Source: Eledone cirrhosa
Taxonomy: Eukaryota
Length of the DNA stretch: 64,000 nt
Reading direction: 5' to 3'
Assembly: GCA_964016885.1 (NCBI GenBank)
Contig: OZ024742.1
Span: 156,798,001-156,862,000, forward strand
In this document: positions 15,667-29,912 of the stretch, piece by piece
How positions within the stretch are numbered: position 1 is the first letter of the stretch
How the letters are laid out: every line of letters begins with the position of its first letter
Made by a program: the position numbers and the translations under genes
Notes under the pieces: model-generated
Told to the model about the DNA's origin: nothing
The model's input: the letters and a program-made list of their open reading frames with translations, nothing else
Database searches by the model: none

Positions 15667-18600
15667 ATATACCAACAGTTATCAAAGATACAAGAGAAAG
15701 CCTACCACAAGCCCCTTGGATGTCAGAACTAAACGAAAGAAATGTGGAAAACAAAACACATCGAATAAGCAAAGAAATATGGAAGACATGGAAAACATTT
15801 CTTAACATAAGAAAACAAAACTTCTGGAATGCATACAAATGCGAAAAATATGTCGAAACACATTCGAAATGGCTCTCTCTAACGGCACCCATAATCCCCC
15901 GTGAATACCTAATTACAGAATTGCAGGAAAAACAGAAGAAGAAACAATACTCCGATGGGAACTTACATTGACAAAATTCAGGACCGACATCTCCATTGAC
16001 CAGACCATGCGAAGTAGTAAAACCCGGAGATCATTCTCAAGATCTCAACAGAGACTACCAACAAGGAATGTGGAAACAAAACGTCGAATAAACAGAACAC
16101 TCTGAAGATCTCAACAGAGATTACCCACAAGTAACTGGGCGAAAAAACGATCTAAACCTGAAAGCAAACCTAGGTCATTTCCCCAGATTGTTAAAAATAA
16201 TGCTAACAGGAAAAATAATATACATAATACCAAAAATAGGACAAAATACATAACGAAACCAAATATAATATCACGACCAAACGTTCATCAAGCGTACACC
16301 AACAGCAATATCAATCCTGAACAGAGAAAAATCCATTTTTTAACGTCAGGACAACAAAAACCGGAAAACGAAAAACTCCAGGAGGAAACATACCCAAAAC
16401 GTAGATCCTAAAATAATTAATTTATCCAAAAGAAATCTTGACAATGATGAAATGCAAATTCTGTCAAAAGGACTGAAATTCACACCGACTCCAACAGTCA
16501 ACCACCAAGAAATGAAGGAGGATACCCAAGAATTCTGTCGAAAATTACGTCTTGTAGAATTCTTCGCTGAGAAAGGTAATGAGAGTGATGAATCACTAGT
16601 AAAGAATAAATCAAATTTCACTCCCCCAGAAGTAAGAAATATCTATCTCGACCAATACATTGACATCCTGTCTACATTTCCTCTCAGACGTAATACTAAT
16701 GTTAGGCCAAACATTAACAAATTAGAAATGTCTGCACTTAAACGTATACAAAATGATAAAACAATAATAATTAAACAAGCAGATAAAGGGGTTCGTTGTT
16801 ATAATGGATGCTGAATACTACAAGGATTTGGTTGAGGAACAACTGAAATACACAACATTCTATCATGAAATACCGTCAAATATAGACCGCAACGTCATGA
16901 AGAAGATCAACAACCTTGCATCAAAATACCACAACTCACATTCTGATAAGAAAAGATACTACATCACCAATTTTGAGCCAAAACCCAGCAACCTGTATGG
17001 CCTACCGAATGTTCATAAGTCAAATGAAATACAACTGGCAGTAACAGAACAAAACAGTGAGTACATTAAATTACTACACCCAAAAGACTTAAAACTTAGA
17101 CCTATTATATCTGGTCCAACATGCCTCACCCACCGTCTAAGCAATTTTGTTGACATTATTTTGAAACCACGATGTATTCACATACCCAGATTCATCCGGG
17201 ATGATATCGACTTCCTGACCCATCTTCCCAAAACCACGGAAACGAATTCACTTCTACTTAGTTTTGATGTGGTAACCTTTACACCAACATTACACATGAT
17301 TTAGGAATAAAGGCTGTTAATTACTGGGTGGAAAAACATAGAGAAGTGATTCCTATCAGATTCACAGCGCCAATTATATTAGACGCAGTTAAACTTATTC
17401 TGGAAAACAACACTTTCTTCTTCAATGGAAAGAATTCCATACAAATTAGAGGCACAGCGATGGGAACGAAGTTTGCTCCTGTTTACGCGAACTCTGTAAT
17501 GGGATACTTAGAACAACAAATCTACCAATAAATAGAGGAAAAATATAGTACTGACTTTAGAAAGTACATTGAAAAATCTTGGAAGTGATACCTTGACGAC
17601 TGTTTCATCATCTGGACAGAATCACTAGATACTCTGGATGAGTTCAATATCCTCCTGAATAACCTACACCCATCTCTCCAATTCACAAAAGAGATGAGTA
17701 GGACCAAATTACCATTCCTAGATATAATGATAATCAAAAACGACACCACCATTACCACGGATATATATTATAAACACAGACACCCATCAATATCTGAATT
17801 TTAAGTCGTGCCATCCACCTCATACAAAACGCAACATCCTATACTGCCTAGCCAGATGAATTTGTACCATTGTAGAAGATACGAATACCAGGTACAAACG
17901 CCTAACAGAACTAAGAGAATTTTTGCTCAAACAAAAATACCATCTCTACTTATAGAAAATGGCATAATGCGGGCTATTAAAAATACCTATACAACAACTT
18001 AGGACAACCCAAGGAAGAAGAAACCAAGAACTGGTCATACCATTTATATTGACACACAACCCATGTCACCAGAATATATTCAACACTGCCAAAGCAAACC
18101 TACCGATCATTGCTCAAAGTAATGAATTAAAAGGCTTAATCACAGATTGATCTTTGAGTCTTAGTAAAAGACAGCCAAAAAATGTGAAGCAATTACTAAC
18201 AAAAGCAAAGTTTGACCTTAACAACAAAGACAAATCATTCACTGTATCTAAATGCAATGATAGTCAATGCGGCACATGTCAATCCATACACGCCGGTCAA
18301 TATATGAAAACAAAAACTGGAAATATATTCCCAAATGCAAATATGAACTGCAAAAGCAGAAATCTAATTTACTGCATTAAATGCCCAAATTGTGAAGAAC
18401 TATATGTCGGTCAAACTGGAAATGCACTATCGGAACGTGCACGGGTACACCGTCAGCAAATCAGAGACCCAAATGTACGTCAGATACACCTAAGTAACCA
18501 TCTAGCAACATGTGGTCACGGAATATTTATAATATTCCCATTTTACAAATTACTCAGCCCAAGTGAAATGAGGGGAAAAATCAAAGAAAATAATTTTATT

Positions 18601-19190
18601 GATAAATTCAAACCCAAGATAAATGAACAATAATAGCGCGTAGGGGTATTACTTCTACTATGACTATGACTACTACCATGTCGACTACGACCACTAACAA
18701 CAACAACAACAACAACGAAAACAACAACAATAATAATAATAAAAGTGATGTTGATGGAGATGATTACTAGAAAATGCTATTTTCATCATTTCTAAAAATA
18801 GCAAAACAATTGATGCTTTGGATAGGATCAATTATTGGTCGTTAGACATACTCAACCAACCGTGACGCTTAAACCAATCAGCTTTAGTAATTCAATGAAA
18901 CTACACACCGATTGGTCGAAATACAGTTTGCAAGATTTAGCATTCTGGAGCCACTGTTCACTGTATATAAGGTACAAAATTTACCCATCTCATTACAGTT
19001 GAAAATTGCAAACTTGACTGTCACCACACATTATGAACCTGAAGATTGCGAAAGCTTGTAAGTACTTGTTCAATTAAGACTTCACATTTAATATTCTATC
19101 ATACTATTTCATTCTAATGCCATTAAACATTTTAAAGGATTGTAAATAAAACGAGTAAATCAGACAAAGTTGGAATTCCTCTTATTAATA
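15667..19190 (+). mobile_element. Penelope-like retroelement (Neptune-like), primary copy; pseudogenised RT and GIY-YIG
   Basis: ORFs 16452-16814, 16804-17304 and 17328-17531 (RT) and 18154-18633 (GIY-YIG); ends at (TA)n. Confidence 0.95.
19034..19072 (+). ncRNA. Hammerhead ribozyme, degenerate copy
   Basis: ugaac CUGAAGA uugcgaaagcuu GUAA guac UU guuca; GAAA is mutated, stem I is perfect. Confidence 0.65.
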
Positions 19191-19747
19191 TGTATATATA
19201 TATAGTATTAAGGATACTATTTATGGTTATGTATATAATAAAACCTTTTATGGTTATATATCTTTATACAAACCCCAGATAATATCATCTCACAAAAGTA
19301 AACAACATGATCTATTAATTAGAAATCGACAAGATATGGTTTATAACTTGGTTCTATGCTGAACCATCGTGGATTTTATGATAGACCTGTAGTGTATATA
19401 TTGCGTTTCATGGATTATGTGAGTGGCGGTGTGCGCGAAGACAGTGGTACTGTTTTGCCTATGTTATAATATGTTTTATAATACGTTTGATATTTTTGAT
19501 ATTTTGGTGTTTCTCTACATTCGGGTTTGTATATCATACAGGTGTATGCGAACAAATGATTTAACAATACAGCCCGCATAATACTATCGATTGCCTGCTT
19601 TAACAGCCTGATCCTACAAGTAACAATCTGCGGCACTCTAATCCTGTATAAATAAGACACGCATGCATGCTACGCTGAGATTATTTCATACACACACTTC
19701 TCTAAACTTTCCTCTTGCTTTATCTTCATAAACTGCCAATGTTTCAT

Positions 19748-20068
19748 TTTTATTTTTATTTTTATTTTTATTTTTATTTTTATTTTTATTTTTATTTTTA
19801 TTTTTATTTTTATTTTTATTTTTATTTTTATTTTTATTTTTATTATTTTTATTTTTATTTTTATTTTTATTTTTATATTTATTTTTATTTTTATTTTTAT
19901 TTTTATTTTTATTTTTATTTTTATTTTTATTTTTATTTTTATTTTTATTTTTATTTTTATTTTTATTTTTATTTTTATTTTTATTTTTATTTTTATTTTT
20001 ATTTTTATTTTTATTTTTATTTTTATTTTTATTTTTATTTTTATTTTTATTTTTATTTTTATTTTTAT
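19748..20068. repeat. (TTTTTA)n hexamer microsatellite
   Basis: Read directly from the sequence. Confidence 0.98.
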
Positions 20069-20522
20069 CCTTTAACCTTTATCTGTAAATTGCCATGCTA
20101 TATCATTATGATGGATGTCATCCTAATGTGGGTCAATATATGCATATGTTTGTATATGTCACTTGTGTTGAAAAGGATGTCAAGTATGTCATAGATCAAT
20201 AAATAGTTGCTCCGAAGAATCCAAACCTCGGTTTGGAGGAAACAGTTGTAAGCAAATAAATGATTTAAACTGAACTTTGATTATTGTGATCTTTCTCTCT
20301 CTATATATATATATCATCTAATTAATTTACGAAGAATATTGTATATTTTAATAAGGTAACACGATAATTCGATCGGTCGTAGTAAAAGCGATTGAATCAT
20401 GACACATACTTGTCGGGCAATTGATAATGCGTAAATTGAAAATGTAGATTGCCAATCTAAGTCGTTTTCTGAATACAGTGCGAAAATTTACATATATACT
20501 TTTTAATTTCTCTCTATATATA

Positions 20523-21585
20523 TACCAGATAGAAAAATGCGTACAGCAAAACAAAGTAATATTGTTGGAATATAAACCTTAAAAAATACAGGACAAAAAA
20601 CTAAAATAAAACTTTAAAGGAATAGGACAAGAAACTAAGATAAAACTTTAAAGAATTGGACAAGAAATAACAAATTTTACAATAATATTAGTGGCAACAT
20701 TTTTATTGGTAAAAAATCGAGTTCCACATTCATAGGCTCTGGGTTCCAAATTCAGAGGTCGTCGTCAGACCGGGGGATCATTTGATCCTGGTTTGAACAC
20801 CAATTGGGTCATAACCATACCCCTATTTCATCATTCGGCGACACGCCTGATGTGTCATGCATAATGTGAATGGAACCATGGGCCCATGAGAACAGATCTT
20901 GAGCAGCAGCGGACGGTCTTGTCTTCCCACTCATCCTTGATCTTGACCAACCCGTCCTTCTTCTCCTTGCATCTTGTCCTTGAGTTCAAGTCCGGCAGTC
21001 CAGATGAATGCGTGCCACAGCTTTCTGGTACAGGAAGGGGGAGCAGGAGGACTGGAGGGATGACGGGACAGAGGGAGGGAGGACCGGTGGTTGAGGGCGG
21101 TGCCGTAGTCGGTGGTCAGAGTCGACATCTTGTCCCGGTCGTCTTCTCCATCTGCGTCTGGTGTTGCGGGACCAGAAGTGCATTCTTGGAGGAGACCTGC
21201 AGCTGCATCGGCCAATTCTTCTTGCAATGGTCATTCTGACGGAGCAGAACTGCTCAGCCAACCAACCCCAACCAGAACCAACCGCTCAGAGGTAACGCAC
21301 AATGAGAGCATGACCATTATTATGCACTAATCAAGAATATACTGGGGCATAGCACAGGAAACGAATAAAAAATGTTGGCACTAATATTATTGTAACATTT
21401 TTTTATTTCTTGTCCAATTCTTTAAAGTTTTATCTTAGTTTCTTGTCCTATTCTTTTAAAGTTTTATCTTAGTTTCTTGTCCTATTCTTTTAAAGTTTTA
21501 TTTTAGTTTCTTGTCCTGTATTTTTAAAGGTTTATATTACAACAATATTACTTTTTTTTTGCTGTACGCATTTTTCTATCTGGTG
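20523..21585. mobile_element. Non-autonomous DNA transposon with long TIRs and GC-rich cargo
   Basis: TIRs ~20523-20707 and ~21364-21585 with terminus (C)ACCAGATAGAAAAATGCGTACAGC, internal ~33-bp tandem units, and TA on both flanks. Confidence 0.85.
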
Positions 21586-22397
21586 TACTATTTTTTAAGG
21601 CAATGCAAGCCACAACTATCTAATAATTAAATGATCATAGTGAATTACTGACAAGTGATTGATATTTTAAAGTTCTTTTGAGTATAATTGCAATCTAGTT
21701 GAGGCAACTGGCTTAATGACAAAGCTAGTAATTCATGAATGCATTTGAGATGATTAGTGCATAATAGTGAATTGGTGAAACTTGTGCATTTCAATGGTGT
21801 TACAACAATAGATGTAAGTTATATAGTAGTAATACTTTATCATTTTAACTTTTTAGAATGGACAAAAACCCATGCAAAGAAATTACTTTGACTGCAGTGA
21901 TTCTCTCCAATTTACTTACAAAGCAAAACGTGGTCAAATACCTTATCATCTCTGATAAAATGCCCATTGAATCACTGAAAATCGGATGCATGGAATTCCT
22001 CATAAATGCACCTATGAATCGGAAGCCATCACATATATCAATGGATATAGGGAGTTGTTAACACTGGAAGACCATCACTTCATTTGTGACTTCATCAGTT
22101 ATATCCACGATTATCTCAGACACCCAATGCCATTGATGAGAGGTGATCCAATGTGTGAGCATGTAACTAATATTATAGAAGTTGTTATCGACCACCTGGC
22201 TTTTAGTGACATTTGACTGATTTGACTGATAATGATGTATTTTTAATAAGTATGTGTACATTCTTGTTACTATTTTAAGGCAATGCAAGCAACAACTATT
22301 TAATAAAATTCAAATTTAAAAAATGACCATTGTGCTTTACTAGTATGATGACATTTTATTAAGTCACAAAATTAGTCAGTCAGCCATAGAACAAGGA

Positions 22398-22556
22398 TCA
22401 GGTGGCAAAAACATTGGCAAAAATTTGTGTCAATTTAAGATTTCCAACATTGTTCAAATGAATCATATCTGGTTTGAAGTCAGATTTGTCAAATTGTGAC
22501 TAATTTTCAATGTTGTGAAGATTGGGCAAGTTCAATTGTTGAATCATTTCTTTCAT
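22398..22556 (-). pseudogene. SGNH/GDSL esterase-like C-terminal fragment
   Basis: Manual translation ...DKSDFKPDMIHLNNVGNLKLTQIFANVF resembles SGNH block V (DxxH); one internal stop. Confidence 0.45.
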
Positions 22557-22914
22557 GCAGTAATTAAACTTTTCCAAACGTCATTATTTCTGGATTACCT
22601 CCCCTAGCGTCACGCTTACTACTCACTCACTTGAACACAAGATTTATCAGCAAACTTTGATTATAAACTTTTTCCGGCTGGACCAAATTTCTAGATTTTT
22701 AAGCCAAAACATGCGTAATGATCTACTGTTCATGCTCATATAAATTTTATCTCAGTTAAATAAAGTAGACCGGCGCTGTACTGTCGTAAACAGACGATTG
22801 CCAACGAAAACACGACCACAACAATATTACTAAACGGACTACCGTCCGTTTACGATATATATATACATTAATAATAATAAATTTGAATCTCTATATATTA
22901 TATATATACATTAA

Positions 22915-23309
<395 letters not shown>

Positions 23310-24631
23310 ATATTTGGTTTTGAAACAACTGAGTTTCGTGTGTTATATCGAGAGGCTTTGTCTGGCAATTCCCGTGGTACGTAACATTCTCACCACTTGT
23401 TTACCATATACTTTTTTCCGTTGACTTGCGCATAGGTGCATTTGTGCGTGTATGTGTGTATCAACGTATTTTTCTGCGTATTTAAGTGCACTACCGTGTG
23501 TACGTACGTCCAGAGAGATTCAATTATGAACACCTGTTAATTTAATTATATTTAGAAAAATAATCTCTACTATAATTATATCCATGTACAGATGCATAGA
23601 ATAACTAACGTACATATGCCGATTCACACATTTATATCTTCTCTCAGAGGAGTTTTTCGAATAGAATAAATGTGATAAATTATGCCTAATAATTTCATTC
23701 TTTAATAACGTGATGGAATAGGCTTACTAATTGTATTCCGTGGATTTAATTGCAAACATTGTTAATTTGCTTGTAATAACTTCCACCAGAATCCAACAGC
23801 CTTCTGATTATATATAATTTTGATTAAAAACAAATTGTAAAAATGCCTGCTTAGAAAATATAACCTGATGCATTGATAATTTCAGGAATAGCATTTTGTT
23901 GTTTATCATATTCTCAAGCTTAAATTAATTCCTCTAATTATATAATGTATTATAACGTATTTCGAAGCTTGCAGGGAATTAAATTTATAATAATGGTGTT
24001 TTTCCGCTATTTAAGAATACTTTGTTGATGTTTGGATAACTCAAATATTTCAAACCATTTGTTTGGTCCCTGTTTATTTGTTTATGTATTTCTTCCTTTG
24101 CATGCTTTTTATGTTTTTCGTGTGTTTATTATTTACTTCATAATAATGGCAATTTCATTCTCTCCAACAGCTATGTTATTAAAATTCTGAATCTTCGCTT
24201 CCCGATTGTACCAATCTCGTTGTTTATTTCCGTTACGATTTTCAAGGTATGCGTTATTCCCTCGTCAAAATAAGTCGAGTTTCATCCTAATATGAATGCT
24301 ATATGAAAACATATTTTTGCCCAAATAACCAAAATCTGTGCATTTCTTGAAAAAGAAATGATTACATACACACACATTTACCGCACGCGTGTAGACTCAT
24401 TTGTGTATATATGTTATTTATATATGTATGATTTTATGTATATATTTATATACATATGTATATAATTGCCAGCGAGCTATTCGGCGCTACTCGTAACATG
24501 TAACCCAGTACAATCTATGCATGGTTAGGTTGTCGGCGACTAAACTCGCAACCCCACTATGCTCGGTTGGTGAGGAATGTGATTATGGACACCCTGTGAG
24601 ATGATAATCCAAACCTGGCAAGATACGGAGG

Positions 24632-24674
<43 letters not shown>

Positions 24675-24676
24675 CA

Positions 24677-25413
24677 ATATGAAAACATGGCGCGCTGCGT
24701 GGTTGCATATGGGTTGGATATGAATAAATTTAGTTCATCATCAGTGATCTTGCAGCCTTCATTGGTATGTCATTGCTTTAAAGACAATATACCTCTGGTT
24801 GGTGCGAGCAACGGCTAAAGAAAGTCGTTGGGACATGTGAATAGTGGGAACGAACGACACAGGAAACAAACAAAGAAGGTAGTGCAACGAACAGTGAGAA
24901 GAAGGAGTCAAATCCCTGAAATCGATGAACATAAGTTCTGTGAAATCGTGGACGAGAGAGAATAAAGACCATCCAACCTGGTCGAAATGTGAGTAAGGAA
25001 ATAATTTCGCACAGGTCAAACGGGAGAAAGAAGGAGTCAAGTCCCTGAAATCGATGAACGTAAGTTCTGTGAAATCGTAGACGAGAGAGAATAAAGACCA
25101 TCCGACCTGTTCTAAGTGTGAGTGTGGAAAGAATCTCGCACAGGTCAAACGGGAGGAAGTAGGAGAGGGAGTAGCGGAGGGTGAGTGAGTGAAAGTGTGA
25201 GGAAGCGGCTAACAGAGAGTTTATGGTAGAGGGGGTCAAATGAAGTGAGAGATACAGAGAAAAGTAGAAAGCAGTAAGAAAAAAACAGACGGGTTACAGC
25301 GGAGGAAAATATATAAGAAAAATATGAAAACATGGCGTGCTGCGTGGTTGCAATTGTGTTACATATGAATAAATTTAGTGCTTCATCAGTGATCTTCCAG
25401 CCTTCATTGGTAT
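24677..25413. mobile_element. LTR-like mini-element with ~90-bp terminal direct repeats
   Basis: aatatgaaaacatggcg...cagccttcattggta occurs at 24677-24767 and 25321-25413; internal ~129-bp tandem duplication at 24897-25155. Confidence 0.7.
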
Positions 25414-25466
25414 TTAATCGCTATATAAACATACAATTATATATATATATATATATGTATTTTAAC

Positions 25467-25506
<40 letters not shown>

Positions 25507-25551
25507 AGATGAATATAAAATGAAAGTGCTTTTATAAAGGAATTTATTAGG

Positions 25552-25670
25552 TATTGACATATGTTTCTGTAACAGACGGAATATCTCTGTATCGCTGCTT
25601 GTGTAATCATATACTATTAGCACGTAATCGATAGCAAATGTATAATCAGTTGTCACTTCTTCAGCGATAT
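25552..25670 (-). ncRNA. Hammerhead-like motif with long stem II insert
   Basis: CUGAAGA a GUGACA..(long loop)..UGUUAC a GAAAC auau GUC; stem I is weak. Confidence 0.55.
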
Positions 25671-26223
25671 TGGATACTCTGGAAACAATCAGAAAAATCA
25701 AAGTATTTATATTAGTCTTAAGATCATGATTACATAAATAAGTTATATTATAAATGTATACAAAATAACTCATAGAACTTTCACGGAGCACGTTTCACTA
25801 CACCGATATTAATAATATACATATAAATTGACACACATATATGTACGAAAATACACCAGATGATATAATTATTTAAGAAAACTCTACACCATAATTAAAA
25901 TACACATTTACTACATTTATGCTTATAATTGTATATATGGAATCACAAACACAATACGCACAATACAGAAACTTTAAGAAATGAAATTATAATTAGGGTA
26001 AAAAAGAAATAAACACTCACAGATATGATCCTCTGAATAACAAAACACCCGAAATACTTATTATTAATGTATTATTTCATTACCGAATAACGTGTAAACA
26101 AGTTCAGCCAGCATGATATTGCCTGAACGATAAGCCACACTACCTGAATATATGAAACAAGTCTAGCATAGTCTTTCAGAACTATGTTGGAGTTGTTTCA
26201 ACCGTGTTGAGATTTTATTTATA

Positions 26224-26271
<48 letters not shown>

Positions 26272-26451
26272 TATATGTATATATATATATATAACATTTC
26301 AAGTTATCATTAGTGTAGTGATAATATATCGTTACGTTAGAGATGAACAGCGTACGTGTAGGTTTGCTCAACGAGTATCAATTATATTCCGGAGAAAATG
26401 TAAAAGAGATGAATATAAAATGAAAGTGATTTTACAAAGGAATTTATTAGT

Positions 26452-26570
26452 TATTGACATATGTTTCTGTAACAGAGGGAATTCTTATGTATCGCTGCTT
26501 GCGTACTCATAAATTATTAGCACGTAATCGATAGCAAATGTATAATCAGTTGTCACTTCTTCAGAGATAT
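26452..26570 (-). ncRNA. Hammerhead-like motif with long stem II insert
   Basis: Same motif, exactly 900 nt from the 25552 copy. Confidence 0.55.
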
Positions 26571-29544
26571 TGGATATACTGGAAAAAATCAGAAAAATCA
26601 AAGTATTTATATTAGTCGTCAGAAAGGAAGAGGAGAGGGGAAAGTATATGTCAGATGGCAATTCAATTTGCTGGTAAACAAGTGTTTAGAAGGTGTTTAA
26701 TGAGAATACAATGTGTATATGCCTTATTTTATCTAAATAAGTATTTTGGGGAGTGCCGATTTTAATTTATATTTGACCAGTTGAATAATGGACAGGGCTG
26801 GTGGCTTAATGTGTTAGTATTAATACAGATATAAGGTGTCAAGTAAGGAAGAGAAATGTTCACTGCTACTGTATAACAACAATGCTGGTAGACCGTTGGT
26901 ATATGCTTTAGGGAATTGAATTGAGAAATATTATTTTATCTATAGCATTCTATATTAAATGATAAAGAATAGAAGTGTTGATAGAATTAAAAATAATAGA
27001 GATAATGATATGTATTTTGACATTCAACCGGGGATGGAGACAGGCGTTCAATCCTGGTAGCGTTTGTAATATGAAAATGTCGATTTCAAGCGATGGTTAC
27101 AGTATAACGATCGCTCTACTCTGTTATTTAATAAAATATTTTTGGGTTTCATAATACAAAACATTTCCATATTACGCAATCTACTTAATTTCTGTCCTTG
27201 GAAATACGCTGGGGCGTGCTATTTTATCCCATTTTATGTTAAATTGTTGGTTATTTTCGCGCAGCTGCCAAGCCTTGTTTGCGAGTGTTGCTACATAACG
27301 CTGGTTTTCCTGTTTTATCGAGTAGCGATGTCTATAAAGGCGAGATATGAAGGAGGTAGCAGTAGACCCCACATAGTACCATTCCTGGCTACCCGATTCG
27401 ATAGTACATTTGTATATGATGTTGCGTTCAAGACAATGATTATTCAACGGACACATTCCTGGTTGGACACAGTTACAGTTATAATTATGCGCAGTTGTAA
27501 TACCATGGATGGGTTGATGCGGTTGCTTAGGCATGTCGGGATGTTGTTTGTTGTTTTGTGATGTTATAGCCGATGTTTTACGTGTATTGTTTTACGTGTA
27601 TTGTTTTGCGTTAAAGTTTTTTATATGTTGTTCAATATTAGGGGCGGTTGAATATGAAAGTCGAATAGTGTTAGGGTTTAAGATTTTATTATATTTATGT
27701 GATGCTGGAAAATGTTAGATTGGGTAGATTGGTTTTAATAGAGTTGTTATAGACCGAGTTGTACCATATATACTCTTTACATCGCCTTCTGTTTGGTGGT
27801 GTGCGACTATTAGAGTGTATATTGCGGTAGTGTATGTATGGTGGTGATTCTATGCTATTTCAACCTCTATGAGATTTATTTTGGGTGTTTTGGTGATCGT
27901 CGACTCTATATTATCTAGGTGTCCAGCCTTCCTAAGTGCATCATCATAATATTCCGCATGTTCTTTGAAGGTTTGCTGGTTGGACGACAGGCGGGAGATT
28001 CTAAGGGAAATATTTCTAGGGATGGATTTAATTATAGAGGGTGGATACGGTTTAATCGTTTCTGTATTGAGATTCAAAGTAACATCGAGGAAATTAACCT
28101 ATTTGGGGTTAAATTCAAAAAAGATTCCTAATATTTTTACGCATCCTTTCTAAATTCTGGTTATTCATATGCTTAACTAATAGGAGCGCATCATCACGGT
28201 AGAGTCCACCGTGCAGATCCTAAACTTGTCCTTGGAGAGTGTGGGCGATATAAATTCCCACAAGATCAGTTACTTCCGCCGAATCGTTGGAACCCATAGT
28301 TATATCAACATTAGAAGGTCTATCCCTGCGAACCCAGTAGCTATCGTCAAATCTAACAATAGTTTTCCTCGCTTCTATGATAATACTAATTTCATCATCT
28401 GTAAGGTCGGAGTTAACCTTAGCAAACGAAAGAGCTTCATGCAGAGTATCAGGTGAGATTGAGGAATAATACTTATCAATCTCGAACTGAATAAATTTTG
28501 ATTTTTTTTCTTATCAGTAATGTTACCCCATAGTTTAATATCTACTTTAGCCTTAACCTGGGGGATAATTCTGTCTAATATGCATTTGCTAATTTTGCCT
28601 GTATCACTTTTAGAGGGGCATATAAGTCTAATTTTAGGGTCAGTATCAAAGTTTACCTTACGGTCCTTCAGGTTGAAGGACGGTGTAGTTGGTGTTAAAG
28701 GTTCCGTTCTGTCGTCAATACAAAGTTTTTTAACAATTTCACATGCCGAGTTGTTGATATTTCTAAGTGTAGCTTCATTTGTTTTCTTGTATTTTTTATG
28801 CAATCCCTTACGGATGAAGCTATTGTAAGTGTCCACATCCATGGTATACACGTTTGATATTTTGTCTCCATTGGCGTTTTTTTTAGATTATTGAGCAGTG
28901 CCGTGATGTCATTATCTAGTTTATTGTTTTTCCGTTTTGTACATTTGATCCCCATGATCGTATCCATTAGGTCCTGTTCAAATGCATCCAAAAGTTGGTT
29001 TGAGGGTGGGTTTTTATAAGATTTAAATCCAAATGTATCCTTGTTAAGATGGGGTGTATGGTTTATACGGCTTTTGTCAAAATGTAATGTTTTCCATCTG
29101 ATTCGTCGAATAAAATCATTGGTCCTTCGTATCATTCCTAGAATAAATTCTTTTTTTGCCTGAATAGGTATGTTTTAAACGACATATCCAAATGGTGCTT
29201 TTCCATTTTAGAGATGTATACTGAATTAGTTGCTCAACTGTATAGGAGATTAGTAAAATCTCTCTTCCTTACTTGACAGCTTATAACTGTATTAATACTA
29301 CCACACCAAACCACCAGTCCTGTCCATTGTTCAATTGGTCAAATATAAATTAAAATCGGCACCCCCAAAAATTCATATTTAGATAAAATAAGCCATATAC
29401 ACGTTGTATTCTCATTAAAAACCTTCTATACACATGGTTACCAGCAAATTGAATTGCCATCTGTCATATGCTTTCCCCTCTCCTCTTCCTTTCTTAGGAC
29501 TAATATAAATACTTTGATATTTCTGATTTTTTTCAGTGTATCCA

Positions 29545-29665
29545 ATATCTCTGAAGAAGTGACAACGGATTATAAATTTACTATCGATTACGTGCTAATA
29601 ATTTATGATTATGCAAGCAGCGATACATAGGTATTCCGTCTGTTACAGAAACATATGTCAATACC
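29545..29665 (+). ncRNA. Hammerhead-like motif in the inverted arm
   Basis: ctgaagaagtgaca...tgttacagaaacatatgtc. Confidence 0.55.
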
Positions 29666-29820
29666 TAATAGATTCCTTTATAAAAGCACTTTCATTTTAT
29701 ATTCATCTTTTTTACATTTTCTCCGGAATATAATTTATACTCGTTGAGAAAACCAACACGTACGCTGTTCATCTCTAATGTGACGATATATTATCACTAC
29801 ATTATTGATAACTTGAAATG

Positions 29821-29912
<92 letters not shown>

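Noticed and set aside
17586-17589. In-frame TGA before YLDD in the Neptune-like RT as possible selenocysteine
   Set aside because: Not a Cys position and not shared by the other arm; ordinary decay.
20590-20670. Regular ~33-bp repeats as a CRISPR-like array
   Set aside because: No spacers; they are TIR subrepeats in eukaryotic DNA.
24468-24630. Possible RTE 5' UTR or HDV-like ribozyme (similar impression at 38715-38820)
   Set aside because: I could not build the nested double pseudoknot by eye.
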